From contig CAMACX010000006.1 in assembly GCA_945831575.1 (NCBI GenBank), positions 3,135 to 67,134 of the forward strand: 64,000 nt of DNA. Reading direction: 5' to 3'. The position numbers were made by a program, and so were the translations under genes. Source of the stretch: an uncultured Mediterranea sp. Lineage in GTDB: Bacteria; Bacteroidota; Bacteroidia; Bacteroidales; Bacteroidaceae. This document shows positions 53,113-63,354 of the stretch, piece after piece (the first letter of the stretch is position 1; each line of letters opens with the position of its first letter). Below the pieces are notes generated by a model. It did no database searches, had not been told where the DNA came from, and saw nothing but the letters and a program-made list of their open reading frames with translations.

Positions 53113-54933
53113 ATGAAGCAATACCAACTGACCGACTGGCTGCCCACCACCAAGAAGGAGGTGGAACTGCGTGGATGGGATGCGTTGGACGTCATCCTCT
53201 TCAGCGGCGATGCCTACGTGGATCACCCCTCGTTTGGAGCGGCTGTCATCGGGCGCATCCTCGAAGCCGAAGGACTGCGGGTGGCTATTGTGCCGCAACC
53301 CAACTGGCGCGATGACTTGCGCGACTTCAAGAAGCTGGGGGCTCCGCGCCTATTCTTTGGCGTGAGTGCCGGCTGTATGGATAGCATGGTCAACAAATAC
53401 ACCGCTAATAAGCGGCTGCGGAGCGATGATGCCTACACCCCTGATGCCCGCCCGGACATGCGTCCTGAGTACCCATCCATAGTCTATACGCAGATTCTGA
53501 AGCGTCTCTTCCCTCAGGTACCCGTGGTACTGGGAGGCATTGAGGCCAGCATGAGGCGACTCACCCACTACGACTACTGGCAGGACCGCGTGCGCCCCTC
53601 CATCCTAGTGGATAGTGGAGCCGACCTGTTGGTCTATGGTATGGGCGAGAAGCCTATCGTAGAGCTTGCACGCCGCATGAAGGAGCTCCCTGAAGGCACG
53701 CCGCTCAGCCAGCTGCAACTACCCCAGACGGCCGTACTGATTGATGGCGAGGTACAGACTCAACCCGAAGACATCCTGCTCTACAGTCACGAAGAGTGCC
53801 TGAAGGACAAAAAGAAAGAGGCAGCCAACTTCCGCCACATCGAGGAGGAGAGCAACAAGCTACATGCCCAACGCATCCTCCAGCGGGTAGGCCAGCAGAC
53901 CGTGGTAGTCAATCCACCCTACCCTCCCCTGACCGAAGCAGAACTCGACCAGTCGTTTGACCTCCCCTATACGCGTCTCCCCCATCCCAAGTACAAGGGA
54001 AAGCGCATACCGGCCTATGACATGATCAAGTTTTCGGTCAACATACACCGAGGTTGCTTTGGTGGCTGTGCCTTCTGCACCATCTCCGCCCATCAAGGCA
54101 AGTTCATCGTGAGTCGCAGCAAGGAGAGCATCTTGCGTGAGGTAAAGGCCATCATGGAGCTACCCGATTTCAAGGGGTACTTGAGTGACCTGGGCGGACC
54201 CAGCGCCAACATGTACCGCATGAAGGGCAAGGACCATAGCCTGTGCGAACGCTGCAAGCGTCCCTCCTGCATCCATCCACGCATCTGCCCTAACCTGAAT
54301 ACTGACCACACTCCTCTGCTGGACATCTACCGCGCCGTCGATGCCCTGCCCGGCATCAAGCGCTCCTTCATCGGTAGCGGCGTACGTTATGACCTGCTGC
54401 TTCATCACAGTCCCGATGAGGCCGTCAACCGCAGCACGCGCGAATATACCCGCGAGCTCATCAGCCGCCACGTGAGCGGACGCCTCAAGGTAGCCCCCGA
54501 ACATACGAGCGACACGGTACTGCAGATGATGCGCAAGCCCCCCTTCGCTCAGTTTGAAGAGTTCAAGCGCATCTTCGACCGCATCAACAGCGAGGAGGGG
54601 CTGCGGCAACAGCTGATACCCTACTTCATCTCCAGTCACCCGGGTTGCCGTACCGAAGACATGGCCGAGCTAGCTGTCATCACCCGCCGCCTCGACTTCC
54701 ATCTGGAGCAGGTGCAGGACTTTACCCCCACACCCATGACTGTCTCTACCGAGACCTGGTACACCGGTTTCCATCCCTACACACTCCAACCTGTCTATAG
54801 TGCCAAACGTCCTCAGGAGAAACTGGCCCAGCGTCAGTTCTTCTTCTGGTACAAGCCCGAAGAGCGCAACAAGCTGATTGCCGAGCTCAAACGCATGGGG
54901 CGGAAGGACTTGATTCATAAATTATTCTATTAA
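53113..54933 (+). CDS. ygiQ: YgiQ-family (UPF0313) radical SAM protein
   Basis: 606-aa ORF. N-terminal FSGDAYVDHPSFG and the radical-SAM cluster motif CFGGCAFC. Confidence 0.85.
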   Translation: MKQYQLTDWLPTTKKEVELRGWDALDVILFSGDAYVDHPSFGAAVIGRILEAEGLRVAIVPQPNWRDDLRDFKKLGAPRLFFGVSAGCMDSMVNKYTANKRLRSDDAYTPDARPDMRPEYPSIVYTQILKRLFPQVPVVLGGIEASMRRLTHYDYWQDRVRPSILVDSGADLLVYGMGEKPIVELARRMKELPEGTPLSQLQLPQTAVLIDGEVQTQPEDILLYSHEECLKDKKKEAANFRHIEEESNKLHAQRILQRVGQQTVVVNPPYPPLTEAELDQSFDLPYTRLPHPKYKGKRIPAYDMIKFSVNIHRGCFGGCAFCTISAHQGKFIVSRSKESILREVKAIMELPDFKGYLSDLGGPSANMYRMKGKDHSLCERCKRPSCIHPRICPNLNTDHTPLLDIYRAVDALPGIKRSFIGSGVRYDLLLHHSPDEAVNRSTREYTRELISRHVSGRLKVAPEHTSDTVLQMMRKPPFAQFEEFKRIFDRINSEEGLRQQLIPYFISSHPGCRTEDMAELAVITRRLDFHLEQVQDFTPTPMTVSTETWYTGFHPYTLQPVYSAKRPQEKLAQRQFFFWYKPEERNKLIAELKRMGRKDLIHKLFY

Positions 54934-54945
54934 AAGAGTTTACTA

Positions 54946-55045
54946 CTCCCGGCTGAAGTATTTGCTATCCACGGCCGAAGAGTTAACTATTCACGACCGA
55001 AGAGTTAACTATTCACGACCGAAGTATTGACCTTTCAGCCGGGAG
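54946..55045. repeat. Inverted-repeat-flanked module: 12-bp IR CTCCCGGCTGAA / TTCAGCCGGGAG enclosing three 22-bp tandem units (AACTATTCACGACCGAAGAGTT)
   Basis: Units at 54963, 54985 and 55007. Same architecture and shared AACTATTC...GAAGAGTT core as the module at 28490-28605. Confidence 0.9.
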
Positions 55046-55170
55046 GAGTTAATACTAAATAAAAGTTAAATCTATACCCTTTTGATGCAGTATTTGGAGC
55101 TGCTTGCCGTTTTTTGGATAAAAACAATGAAAAACGGTAGGAGATTGGGATGAAACTCAATTCTTTTATC

Positions 55171-55178
55171 TAAATTTG
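55171..55178 (+). promoter_or_regulatory. -7 box TAaaTTTG upstream of the lipoprotein gene
   Basis: Exact match 26 nt before the ATG at 55205. Confidence 0.45.
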
Positions 55179-55204
55179 CAAACTCAAAAAGAATAATAGG
55201 TAAA

Positions 55205-56053
55205 ATGAAAAGAAACATTTTTTTTGCAACAGCTATGGCTCTCTGCATGGGCCTTTCGTTCACATCTTGCTTGGACTCTGACAACGACACCGACACCAAT
55301 TACGTAGGTGGCTTCGTAAAGGTATCTTCCAGCTACATGGGCTTTGGCTCATTCATCTCTCCTGATGGTAAGACCACTATTAATCCCTCTACCGCTTCAC
55401 TTACCAACCTGGAGCAGAATGGCTTCAAGATGAGCGAAGTGAATGCTGCATTTGTACAAGGTACATACAGCGAAGCTGAAAACCCCGACGCAGCGACTAC
55501 CCTCAAATTTAATAACGTCAGCATCTCCTATGCCGCATCGCTGGATGCCCGTGTGGAGATTGTCGATCAAAAAGGCGCCCTCAACGACTCCATTAACAGA
55601 GCCTGCATCCGCAACATCGACAACTCTCAGCGTGGCAACAATTACTTCAGCGAGGACTTCAACAAGCCCTGGTTCTTCTACGATAATACCACACTCGTAT
55701 TGCCTATCAGTTACAACCTGAGCGGGCAGAAGCTGCATGCCTTCACGCTGGTATTCTACGCATCGGAAGTGGAGCCGGGCGACACGACCCTCAAGCTGAG
55801 CTTGAAGCACTACAATGCCAATGAGAATGCAAGCAACAATGACTCCTACAGCTTTGCTGCTAACTATCCTTACGCATACTTCTATGCGTTCGACTTGCGC
55901 AACGCCATCGCATATTGGCAGCGGACCAACTCGGGCTCAGCTGAGCCCCAGACCGTAACCATCGAATACGTAGCCAGTGAGTTCAGCAACGACATCAAGC
56001 AGGGTGAAACCAAGCAGTTGACTATTGAACGCAAGGGCATCGTCCAAAAATAA
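55205..56053 (+). CDS. Surface lipoprotein of unknown function (possibly NigD-like)
   Basis: 282-aa ORF with a lipobox ending at Cys (LSFTSC). The acidic SDND stretch that follows is typical of the Bacteroidota lipoprotein export signal. Confidence 0.6.
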   Translation: MKRNIFFATAMALCMGLSFTSCLDSDNDTDTNYVGGFVKVSSSYMGFGSFISPDGKTTINPSTASLTNLEQNGFKMSEVNAAFVQGTYSEAENPDAATTLKFNNVSISYAASLDARVEIVDQKGALNDSINRACIRNIDNSQRGNNYFSEDFNKPWFFYDNTTLVLPISYNLSGQKLHAFTLVFYASEVEPGDTTLKLSLKHYNANENASNNDSYSFAANYPYAYFYAFDLRNAIAYWQRTNSGSAEPQTVTIEYVASEFSNDIKQGETKQLTIERKGIVQK

Positions 56054-56057
56054 GAAA

Positions 56058-56633
56058 ATGAATTATAAAGCACTATTTCATAGAGCATTTTTACTGATTT
56101 CCTCCCCGGCTTCGGCCTGGGAGGAAATTCGTTTGGAAGAGGATAGACGAGCGGTATTCAGCAGCTTCGTATATCCCATGATAGGCCTTTGCGGCCTTTC
56201 TGTGTTTTTAGGTTCCCTCTTCTCCCACGGCTGGGGAGGGCCGGAAAGCTTCCGCTACGCCATGACCCAATGCTGCGCTATTGCCGTGGCCCTCTTCGGA
56301 GGTTATTTCCTGGCAGTCAACCTCACTCATCACTACACGGCCCGCATGCTCAACATGCCGGTTGAGAAAAGCCTGATTCTCCAACTGGCCGGCTACTCCA
56401 TGGTGGTCATCTTCTGCCTGCGCATCATCCTGGCGCTGATGCCCGACTTTCAGATCATCGCCCTGTTGCTGCAATTCTACACGGTCTATATCGTCTGGGA
56501 AGGGAGTGAACGCCTGATACATATCAACGAAGAGAATCGACTGAAGTTCACGCTGGTCAGCTCAGTAGCCCTGCTCTTCTCACCCGTAATAATCGAATGG
56601 ATTTTCGATAAGTTGACCTATTTTCTCAACTAA
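56058..56633 (+). CDS. Yip1-family integral membrane protein
   Basis: The start is moved to MNYKALF (the track start of 56025 overlaps the previous gene). Five TM segments in the Yip1/DUF1282 pattern. Confidence 0.65.
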   Translation: MNYKALFHRAFLLISSPASAWEEIRLEEDRRAVFSSFVYPMIGLCGLSVFLGSLFSHGWGGPESFRYAMTQCCAIAVALFGGYFLAVNLTHHYTARMLNMPVEKSLILQLAGYSMVVIFCLRIILALMPDFQIIALLLQFYTVYIVWEGSERLIHINEENRLKFTLVSSVALLFSPVIIEWIFDKLTYFLN

Positions 56634-56650
56634 CTCACCCTCTTCACATT

Positions 56651-57103
56651 ATGAAGCAACCTCCTGTAAACATCAAGAATAAACGTGCCACGTTCGACTA
56701 TGCCCTGATTGACACCTATACGGCCGGCATCGTGCTGACAGGCACGGAGATTAAGTCTGTCCGTTTGGGAAAAGCCAGTCTAGTGGATACCTTCTGCTAC
56801 TTTGTGAAAGGCGAACTGTGGGTAAAGAATATGCACATCGCTGAGTACTTCTACGGCAGCTACAATAACCACACAGCCCGTCGCGACCGCAAACTGCTTC
56901 TCAACCGCAAGGAGCTAGACAAACTGCAACGCGAGAGTAAAGACCCCGGATTCACTATCGTGCCCGTGAGGATGTTCATCAACGAGAAGGGACTCTGCAA
57001 GGTGGTGGTCGCCCTGGCCAAAGGTAAGAAGGAGTATGACAAGCGCGAAAGTCTGAAAGAGAAGGCTGACAAGCGTGAAATGGCACGTATGTTCAAGAAA
57101 TAA
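56651..57103 (+). CDS. smpB: SsrA-binding protein
   Basis: 150-aa [11 protein letters not shown]...GTEIKS is typical of SmpB. Confidence 0.95.
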   Translation: MKQPPVNIKNKRATFDYALIDTYTAGIVLTGTEIKSVRLGKASLVDTFCYFVKGELWVKNMHIAEYFYGSYNNHTARRDRKLLLNRKELDKLQRESKDPGFTIVPVRMFINEKGLCKVVVALAKGKKEYDKRESLKEKADKREMARMFKK

Positions 57104-57122
57104 CCCATTGACATCAAAGAAG

Positions 57123-59894
57123 ATGAAGCAGATACAGCAAGCAATAGTTGAACGCATACTGATACTGGATGGTGCACTCGGCACCATGTTTCAGCAACAC
57201 CACTTGACGGAGACGGATTTCCGTGGGGAGCGATATGCAGACCTTGAGGGAGAGCTGAAGGGCAACAATGACCTGCTCTGCCTGACACGTCCCGACCTGG
57301 TGGAGCACATCCACCGCCAATACCTTGAAGCTGGTGCCGACATCATCGAGACCAACAGCTTCAATGCCACACGAATCAGCCAATCCGACTATCATACCGA
57401 AGCCTACGTGCGTGAGATTAACCTCGCCGCAGCCCAACTGGCGCGTCGTGCAGCAGATGACTATTCGCAACGTACCCCCAATAAACCACGCTACGTGGCT
57501 GGTTCGATTGGTCCGACCAACAAGACGTGCTCCATGAGCCCCGATGTGAACAATCCAGCCTATCGCGCCATCACCTTCGATGAACTGGTAGCTGCCTATT
57601 GCGAACAGATTAACGCCCTCATCGAGGGTGGAGTCGATGCGTTGCTGATTGAGACCATTTTTGATACACTCAACGCCAAAGCAGCCCTCTATGCCGCCGA
57701 ATGCTGTATGGAGCAGCAAGGCCGGCGACTGCCTATCATGCTCTCTGTCACCGTAGCTGATATCAGTGGACGTACCCTCTCAGGACAGACTCTGGAGGCT
57801 TTTCTAGCCTCCGTCCAACATGCCGATATCTTCTCTGTAGGGCTCAACTGCTCCTTCGGTGCCCGTCAGCTCAAGCCCTTCTTGAAGGTGCTCTCGCGCA
57901 AGGCACCTTACTACATCAGTGCCTACCCCAATGCAGGCCTGCCCAATGGACTGGGCCTCTATGACCAAACCCCGGAGATGATGACTACCGAGGTCAAGGA
58001 GTACCTTGACGAAGGGCTTATCAACATCCTGGGAGGTTGCTGCGGCACCACCCCCGAATACATTGCCCGCTTTGCCCAGCTAACTCAAGATTACAAGCCC
58101 CATCAACCGGCCTCACGCCCCGAGGCACTCTGGCTCTCCGGCCTGGAGTTGCTGGAAGTCAAGGCTGAAAACAACTTCGTAAACGTAGGCGAACGTTGCA
58201 ACGTGGCCGGTTCGCGCAAGTTTCTCCGACTCATCAACGAAAAGAAATACAACGAAGCCCTGAGCATCGCCCGCAAGCAGGTGGAAGATGGTGCCCAGGT
58301 CATCGACATCAACATGGATGACGGCCTGCTCGACACGGAGGCCGAAATGGTCCATTTCCTTAACCTGCTCGCCTCCGAGCCCGATGTGGCCCGTGTCCCC
58401 CTCATGATTGACTCCTCAAAATGGAGCGTCATAGAGGCTGCCTTGAAGTGCATCCAAGGCAAAGCCATTGTCAACTCCATCTCCTTGAAGGAGGGCGAGG
58501 AGACCTTCTTGGCCCATGCCCGCACCATCCAGCGTTATGGAGCTGCGGTAGTGGTGATGGCCTTTGATGAAGAGGGACAGGCCGATACCTACGAGCGGAA
58601 GATTGCCGTCTGCCAGCACGCCTACCGGCTGCTGACTGAGCAGCTCCATTTCAGCCCCTATGACATTATCTTCGACCCCAACGTGCTGGCCGTAGCTACC
58701 GGCATGGAGGAGCACAATGCCTATGCACTCCATTTCATCCAAGCCACCGGATGGATCCGAAAGCATCTCCCCGGTGCCCACGTAAGTGGTGGTGTGAGCA
58801 ACCTCTCCTTCTCCTTCCGAGGTAACAACTATCTGCGAGAGGCGATGCATGCTGTCTTCCTCTATCACGCCATCGGTCAAGGCATGGACATGGGCATCGT
58901 CAATCCCGCCTCCTCCGTGCTCTATACCGACCTACCGTCCGATCTGCTGGAACATATCGAAGATGTAATCCTCAACCGCCGTCCAGATGCTGCCGAACGG
59001 CTGATTGCCATGGCCGAGCAGATGAAGGCCGAAGCCGAACGACAGAAAGCGATCTCTGACGGAACTCCCTCTGCAGAGAGCACTGCGGCTAGACCCTCGT
59101 GGAGAAAGGGAAGTGTGGAGGAGCGTCTGCAATACGCGTTGGTAAAAGGGCTCGGAGACTACCTGGAAGAGGACTTGTCTGAAGCTTTAAAGCAGTACGA
59201 TAAAGCTGTTGAGATTATCGAAGGCCCTTTGATGGCTGGCATGAACCGTGTGGGTGAGCTCTTTGGCGCAGGTAAGATGTTTCTGCCACAAGTGGTAAAG
59301 ACAGCACGCACGATGAAGCAGGCCGTAGCCATCCTGCAACCGCATATCGAGGCCAGTCGTCAGGGTGAGTCTGCCTCGGCCGGTAAGGTACTCGTAGCTA
59401 CCGTCAAGGGCGACGTACACGACATTGGCAAAAACATCGTCTCCGTAGTCATGGCCTGCAACGGCTATCAGATTATCGACCTGGGCGTCATGGTCCCAGC
59501 AGAGACCATCATACGCCGTGCCATTGAGGAGCAGGTAGATATGGTGGGACTGAGCGGTCTGATTACCCCTTCGCTCGATGAGATGGTGCATGTGGCGCAG
59601 GAGATGGAACGTGCCGGACTGGACATTCCCTTGCTGATTGGTGGAGCCACCACCTCGCTGATGCACACGGCGCTCAAGATTGCCCCTGCCTATCACGCCA
59701 CGGTAGTCCACATGAAAGATGCCTCACAAAATGCAACCATCGCTGCCCGGTTGATGAACAAGCAGCTGCATCAACAATTGGATGAAGAGCTGCTGAAGAG
59801 CTATACCGCCCTGCGCCAGCAACGTACGGCGGAGCAACCCTCATCACTCTCCCTTGAAGAGGCCCGCAAGCAGCGGCTGAACCTCTTTGATTAA
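57123..59894 (+). CDS. metH: Cobalamin-dependent methionine synthase, short form lacking the C-terminal reactivation domain
   Basis: Start at [21 protein letters not shown]. Hcy domain [11 protein letters not shown], pterin domain, and B12 motif DVHDIGK. The ORF ends right after the B12 domain (923 aa). Confidence 0.9.
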   Translation: MKQIQQAIVERILILDGALGTMFQQHHLTETDFRGERYADLEGELKGNNDLLCLTRPDLVEHIHRQYLEAGADIIETNSFNATRISQSDYHTEAYVREINLAAAQLARRAADDYSQRTPNKPRYVAGSIGPTNKTCSMSPDVNNPAYRAITFDELVAAYCEQINALIEGGVDALLIETIFDTLNAKAALYAAECCMEQQGRRLPIMLSVTVADISGRTLSGQTLEAFLASVQHADIFSVGLNCSFGARQLKPFLKVLSRKAPYYISAYPNAGLPNGLGLYDQTPEMMTTEVKEYLDEGLINILGGCCGTTPEYIARFAQLTQDYKPHQPASRPEALWLSGLELLEVKAENNFVNVGERCNVAGSRKFLRLINEKKYNEALSIARKQVEDGAQVIDINMDDGLLDTEAEMVHFLNLLASEPDVARVPLMIDSSKWSVIEAALKCIQGKAIVNSISLKEGEETFLAHARTIQRYGAAVVVMAFDEEGQADTYERKIAVCQHAYRLLTEQLHFSPYDIIFDPNVLAVATGMEEHNAYALHFIQATGWIRKHLPGAHVSGGVSNLSFSFRGNNYLREAMHAVFLYHAIGQGMDMGIVNPASSVLYTDLPSDLLEHIEDVILNRRPDAAERLIAMAEQMKAEAERQKAISDGTPSAESTAARPSWRKGSVEERLQYALVKGLGDYLEEDLSEALKQYDKAVEIIEGPLMAGMNRVGELFGAGKMFLPQVVKTARTMKQAVAILQPHIEASRQGESASAGKVLVATVKGDVHDIGKNIVSVVMACNGYQIIDLGVMVPAETIIRRAIEEQVDMVGLSGLITPSLDEMVHVAQEMERAGLDIPLLIGGATTSLMHTALKIAPAYHATVVHMKDASQNATIAARLMNKQLHQQLDEELLKSYTALRQQRTAEQPSSLSLEEARKQRLNLFD

Positions 59895-59908
59895 ACCTGA
59901 GACACACC

Positions 59909-61984
59909 ATGCCCCACCACCGAAGCAGTCCCCACACTCCCCCCTTATACTATCTCCTGATAGCAGGAGGGTTACTGCTGACCTCTCTGCTGATAACCTC
60001 TGAGGTAAGAGCACAAGAGATTACGCCAATGCAGAGGCAAGAAGACCCCCTTTCGGTCTATCTGGAAGAGGAGTTGGAGGAACTGGCTGTGGATGGCCAA
60101 GATGAGGATTGGGAGAATGAATTGGAGGCTCTGGATTGGCTACGGCAACACCCCATTGAGGTCAACAGCGCCACCCGTAGTGACTGGGAGCAACTCCCCT
60201 TCTTGGACGAGTACCAGATTTCTGACCTGCTCGACTACCTGGCCCAATATGGTGCGATGAAGTCGCTCAACGAGCTTTATTCCGTCAAAGGACTGAGCCG
60301 ACGTACGGTGCAGCGCATCCTCCCCTACGTCTGCCTCAAGGAAAAGCCGGAGCAAGTCCGTTTCCCCACACCCAAAGAACTACTTCGATGGGGCCACCAT
60401 CGGCTGGAAAGCCGCATCGACATCCCCCTCTATACCCGCGAAGGCTATCATAAAGCGTACCTTGGTCCCTCGCTTTACCACTCCCTGCGCTACCGTTACC
60501 GCTTCAGCAACCACATCCAACTAGGCCTTACCGCCGAGAAAGATGCCGGTGAACCCCTCTTTGCACTCTACAACAACCGGGGTTACGACTACTACTCCCC
60601 CTACCTCTTCATCCGTGACTACGGTTGGCTTAACCAGCTGGTCGTGGGCAACTACCGGCTCCACCTTGGCCTAGGGCTCACGGTAGGCTCCGGCTTCCTC
60701 AACGGCAAGAGCTACTCACTCACCACCGCAACCTTCCGCAACAATACCATCACGCCCCACAGTTCCACGGATGAATACCGCTATTTCCAAGGGGCAGCCG
60801 TCCAGCTTGAACCCGTCAAGCGACTGCAACTGCTTGCCTTCTACTCCCACCGTTCACTGGAGGGAAGCCTTGATGGAGACACCGTAACCTCCATCTACAA
60901 GACAGGTCTCCACCGCACACAGAAGGAGGCTGACAAGCGCAACGCCTTCACCCGTCAAGATATGGGTGGCGACCTTACCTACAGTTTTCCCTATGCCCAA
61001 GTTGGCGTATCAGGGGTCTTTACACACTTCAGCCTGCCCTATGTACACCGACTACCCAAATATGCCCAGTACTACCCCACAGGAAGTGACTTCCATAACC
61101 TCTCCCTACACTACAAGGCCCGTTGGCATCAGTTCTTCTTCAGCGGCGAATCAGCCTTAGGCAAGCAGGGATATGCTCTGCTCCATCGTCTGGACTATCG
61201 CCTCAACAATCTAGGCAACCTGCTCCTCATCCACCGGCTCTATAGCCATGACTACTGGAGCTGGCACGCCTTTGCCTTTGGTGAAAGTAGTACGCCACAA
61301 AACGAAAACGGCTGGTATCTGGCTGCCGAACTGACCCCATGGGCTCATTGGCGACTCTTTGGCAGCATAGACCTTTTCTCCCACCCCTGGTGGAAATACC
61401 GAATAAGCAAACCGTCGCAGGGAGTGGACGGGATGATGCAAGTACAATGGAGTCCCCGCGCCCCGCTTCAATTCACGCTCAACTACCGCTACAAGCGCAA
61501 GGAACGCGACATCACGGGTACAAGTGGTCAGGACATCCGTCCCCTACACCACCACCGCACACGCTGGCGTATGGAGTACACTACGGCACTTTGGCAGAGC
61601 CAGACCACTCTGGACTACAATCATCTACAGCAGACCCGTATGGAGGCCTCGCAAGGATGGAGCGTGACGCAACGATTGAGATTCACACCGAGCCGATTGC
61701 CCCTGCAATTTACGCTGCAAGGCAGCTACTTCAGCACAGACGACTACGACAGCCGCATCTATACCTACGAGAAAGGGATGCTCAACACCTTCTCCACGCC
61801 CTCATTTTATGGCGAAGGCATCCGACTCACCCTCCACCTGCGGTGGGACTACCGCTGGTTCTCGTTGCTCGCCAAGTGGGGCGAGACACGCTACTTCGAC
61901 CGCCACGAAATCAGTTCTGGCAACGACCTCATCCAATCCAATCACAAGGACGATATCTACCTTCAAGCCATCATCAAGTGGTGA
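59909..61984 (+). CDS. Helix-hairpin-helix (ComEA-like) domain protein with a large beta-barrel-like C-terminal region
   Basis: 691-aa ORF. N-terminal TM segment, an HhH region (VNSATRSDWEQLPFL...VKGLSRRTVQRILPYV), then a Y/F/W-rich alternating pattern. Confidence 0.65.
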   Translation: MPHHRSSPHTPPLYYLLIAGGLLLTSLLITSEVRAQEITPMQRQEDPLSVYLEEELEELAVDGQDEDWENELEALDWLRQHPIEVNSATRSDWEQLPFLDEYQISDLLDYLAQYGAMKSLNELYSVKGLSRRTVQRILPYVCLKEKPEQVRFPTPKELLRWGHHRLESRIDIPLYTREGYHKAYLGPSLYHSLRYRYRFSNHIQLGLTAEKDAGEPLFALYNNRGYDYYSPYLFIRDYGWLNQLVVGNYRLHLGLGLTVGSGFLNGKSYSLTTATFRNNTITPHSSTDEYRYFQGAAVQLEPVKRLQLLAFYSHRSLEGSLDGDTVTSIYKTGLHRTQKEADKRNAFTRQDMGGDLTYSFPYAQVGVSGVFTHFSLPYVHRLPKYAQYYPTGSDFHNLSLHYKARWHQFFFSGESALGKQGYALLHRLDYRLNNLGNLLLIHRLYSHDYWSWHAFAFGESSTPQNENGWYLAAELTPWAHWRLFGSIDLFSHPWWKYRISKPSQGVDGMMQVQWSPRAPLQFTLNYRYKRKERDITGTSGQDIRPLHHHRTRWRMEYTTALWQSQTTLDYNHLQQTRMEASQGWSVTQRLRFTPSRLPLQFTLQGSYFSTDDYDSRIYTYEKGMLNTFSTPSFYGEGIRLTLHLRWDYRWFSLLAKWGETRYFDRHEISSGNDLIQSNHKDDIYLQAIIKW

Positions 61985-62000
61985 AGCGTGCTTTTGGAGA

Positions 62001-63341
62001 TTACTCCTCCTGGCCATCGGCGGTGAGAAGTCGGTTGGAGATTTTCTTCTTGGGAGTCAGTCCCATCTTCTGCAAGCGGTCTGCCTGACGCACTAAGCTG
62101 CCATTACCATCCGAGAGCTGATTGAGCGCACGGTCATAGTCATTCTGAAGCGCCTTGAGGCGGTCACCAATCGCGAGGTAAGTGTCCGTAAAGCCCACAA
62201 TCTTCTCATATAGCAAGGTACCACGACGGATAATCTCCTGCACATTCTTGGCCTGATATTCCCGTTTCCAGAGGTCGAGCGAGAGCCGGAGCGCACTAAT
62301 CAAATTGGTAGGACTCATGATAACCACCTTTTTATTATAGGCATACTCCCAGAGCTGTGGGTCGCCCTGTATAGCCAACAGGTAAGCCCCCTCTGTGGGG
62401 ATAAACATCACCACAAAGTCGGGTGCCTTATCATCATAGTGCGAATAATCCTTCAGGCTCAGTTCATCCACATGGGCCCGTACCGAACGCAGATGGGCCT
62501 TAAGGCAGGTCTGCTGCTCCTCCTTATCGGAGGCTGCTGTATAGGCCGCAAAAGCAGTCAGCGAGACCTTTGAGTCGATAATCAATTCGCGTTGGTCGGG
62601 GAATCGGACGATAATATCGGGCTGCATCTTCTGCCCGCTCTCCTCATTGAGTAGAGCCTCTCCCTGCTCATTCTTGATAAACTCCTGGCGCACATAATGC
62701 TCCCCCTCTACAAGTCCACTGGCTTCAAGCAGACGTTCCAGAATCATCTCCCCCCAGTTGCCTTGCACCTTGCTATCGCCTTTGAGTGCCCGGGCCAGGT
62801 TGCCAGCCTCCTCTGAGAGTCGGTTGTTGAGTTCCACCAGTTCTTTGATGCGTTCACCGAGGGAGAAGCGCTCCTTCGCCTCGGTGCTGTAGGCCTGCTC
62901 CACCTGCTGCTTAAAATCCTTGATAGTACCCGTCAAGGGCTGAAGCAGTTGTTGCAGATGATCGGCATTGAGTTGCCGGAACTCCTCCGAACGGCTCTTG
63001 AAGATACGGTTGGAGAGGTTCTCAAACTCCAATGTCATGCGTTGATTCATCTGCTCCGCATCCAGCTGCTGCTGACGGAAACGCTGCTCTTGCTGCTGGA
63101 GCTGCTGATGATGACGCATTTCTGCCTGTTGAAGTTGATCTTGATACCAGGCCTCTTTCTCCTGTTTCTGTTGTTGGAGCAGTTGATTTTCTTTCAAGGC
63201 TGCGGCCAGTTGGGCCTGCATATTAAGCTCGCGTTCGCGGTCTGCAGCCTGACTGGTGTTTACCTTGCTTAAGGCCCACAACCATCCCAGGACAGCACCT
63301 CCCAGAAGGCCCATCCCCAACCATAACATATCCTGCATCAT
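62001..63341 (-). CDS. rmuC: DNA recombination protein RmuC
   Basis: 446-aa ORF. N-terminal TM segment, a Q-rich coiled coil and a RmuC nuclease-like C-terminal domain. Confidence 0.85.
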   Translation of the reverse strand: MMQDMLWLGMGLLGGAVLGWLWALSKVNTSQAADRERELNMQAQLAAALKENQLLQQQKQEKEAWYQDQLQQAEMRHHQQLQQQEQRFRQQQLDAEQMNQRMTLEFENLSNRIFKSRSEEFRQLNADHLQQLLQPLTGTIKDFKQQVEQAYSTEAKERFSLGERIKELVELNNRLSEEAGNLARALKGDSKVQGNWGEMILERLLEASGLVEGEHYVRQEFIKNEQGEALLNEESGQKMQPDIIVRFPDQRELIIDSKVSLTAFAAYTAASDKEEQQTCLKAHLRSVRAHVDELSLKDYSHYDDKAPDFVVMFIPTEGAYLLAIQGDPQLWEYAYNKKVVIMSPTNLISALRLSLDLWKREYQAKNVQEIIRRGTLLYEKIVGFTDTYLAIGDRLKALQNDYDRALNQLSDGNGSLVRQADRLQKMGLTPKKKISNRLLTADGQEE

Positions 63342-63354
63342 CTCTGCAGAGGGA

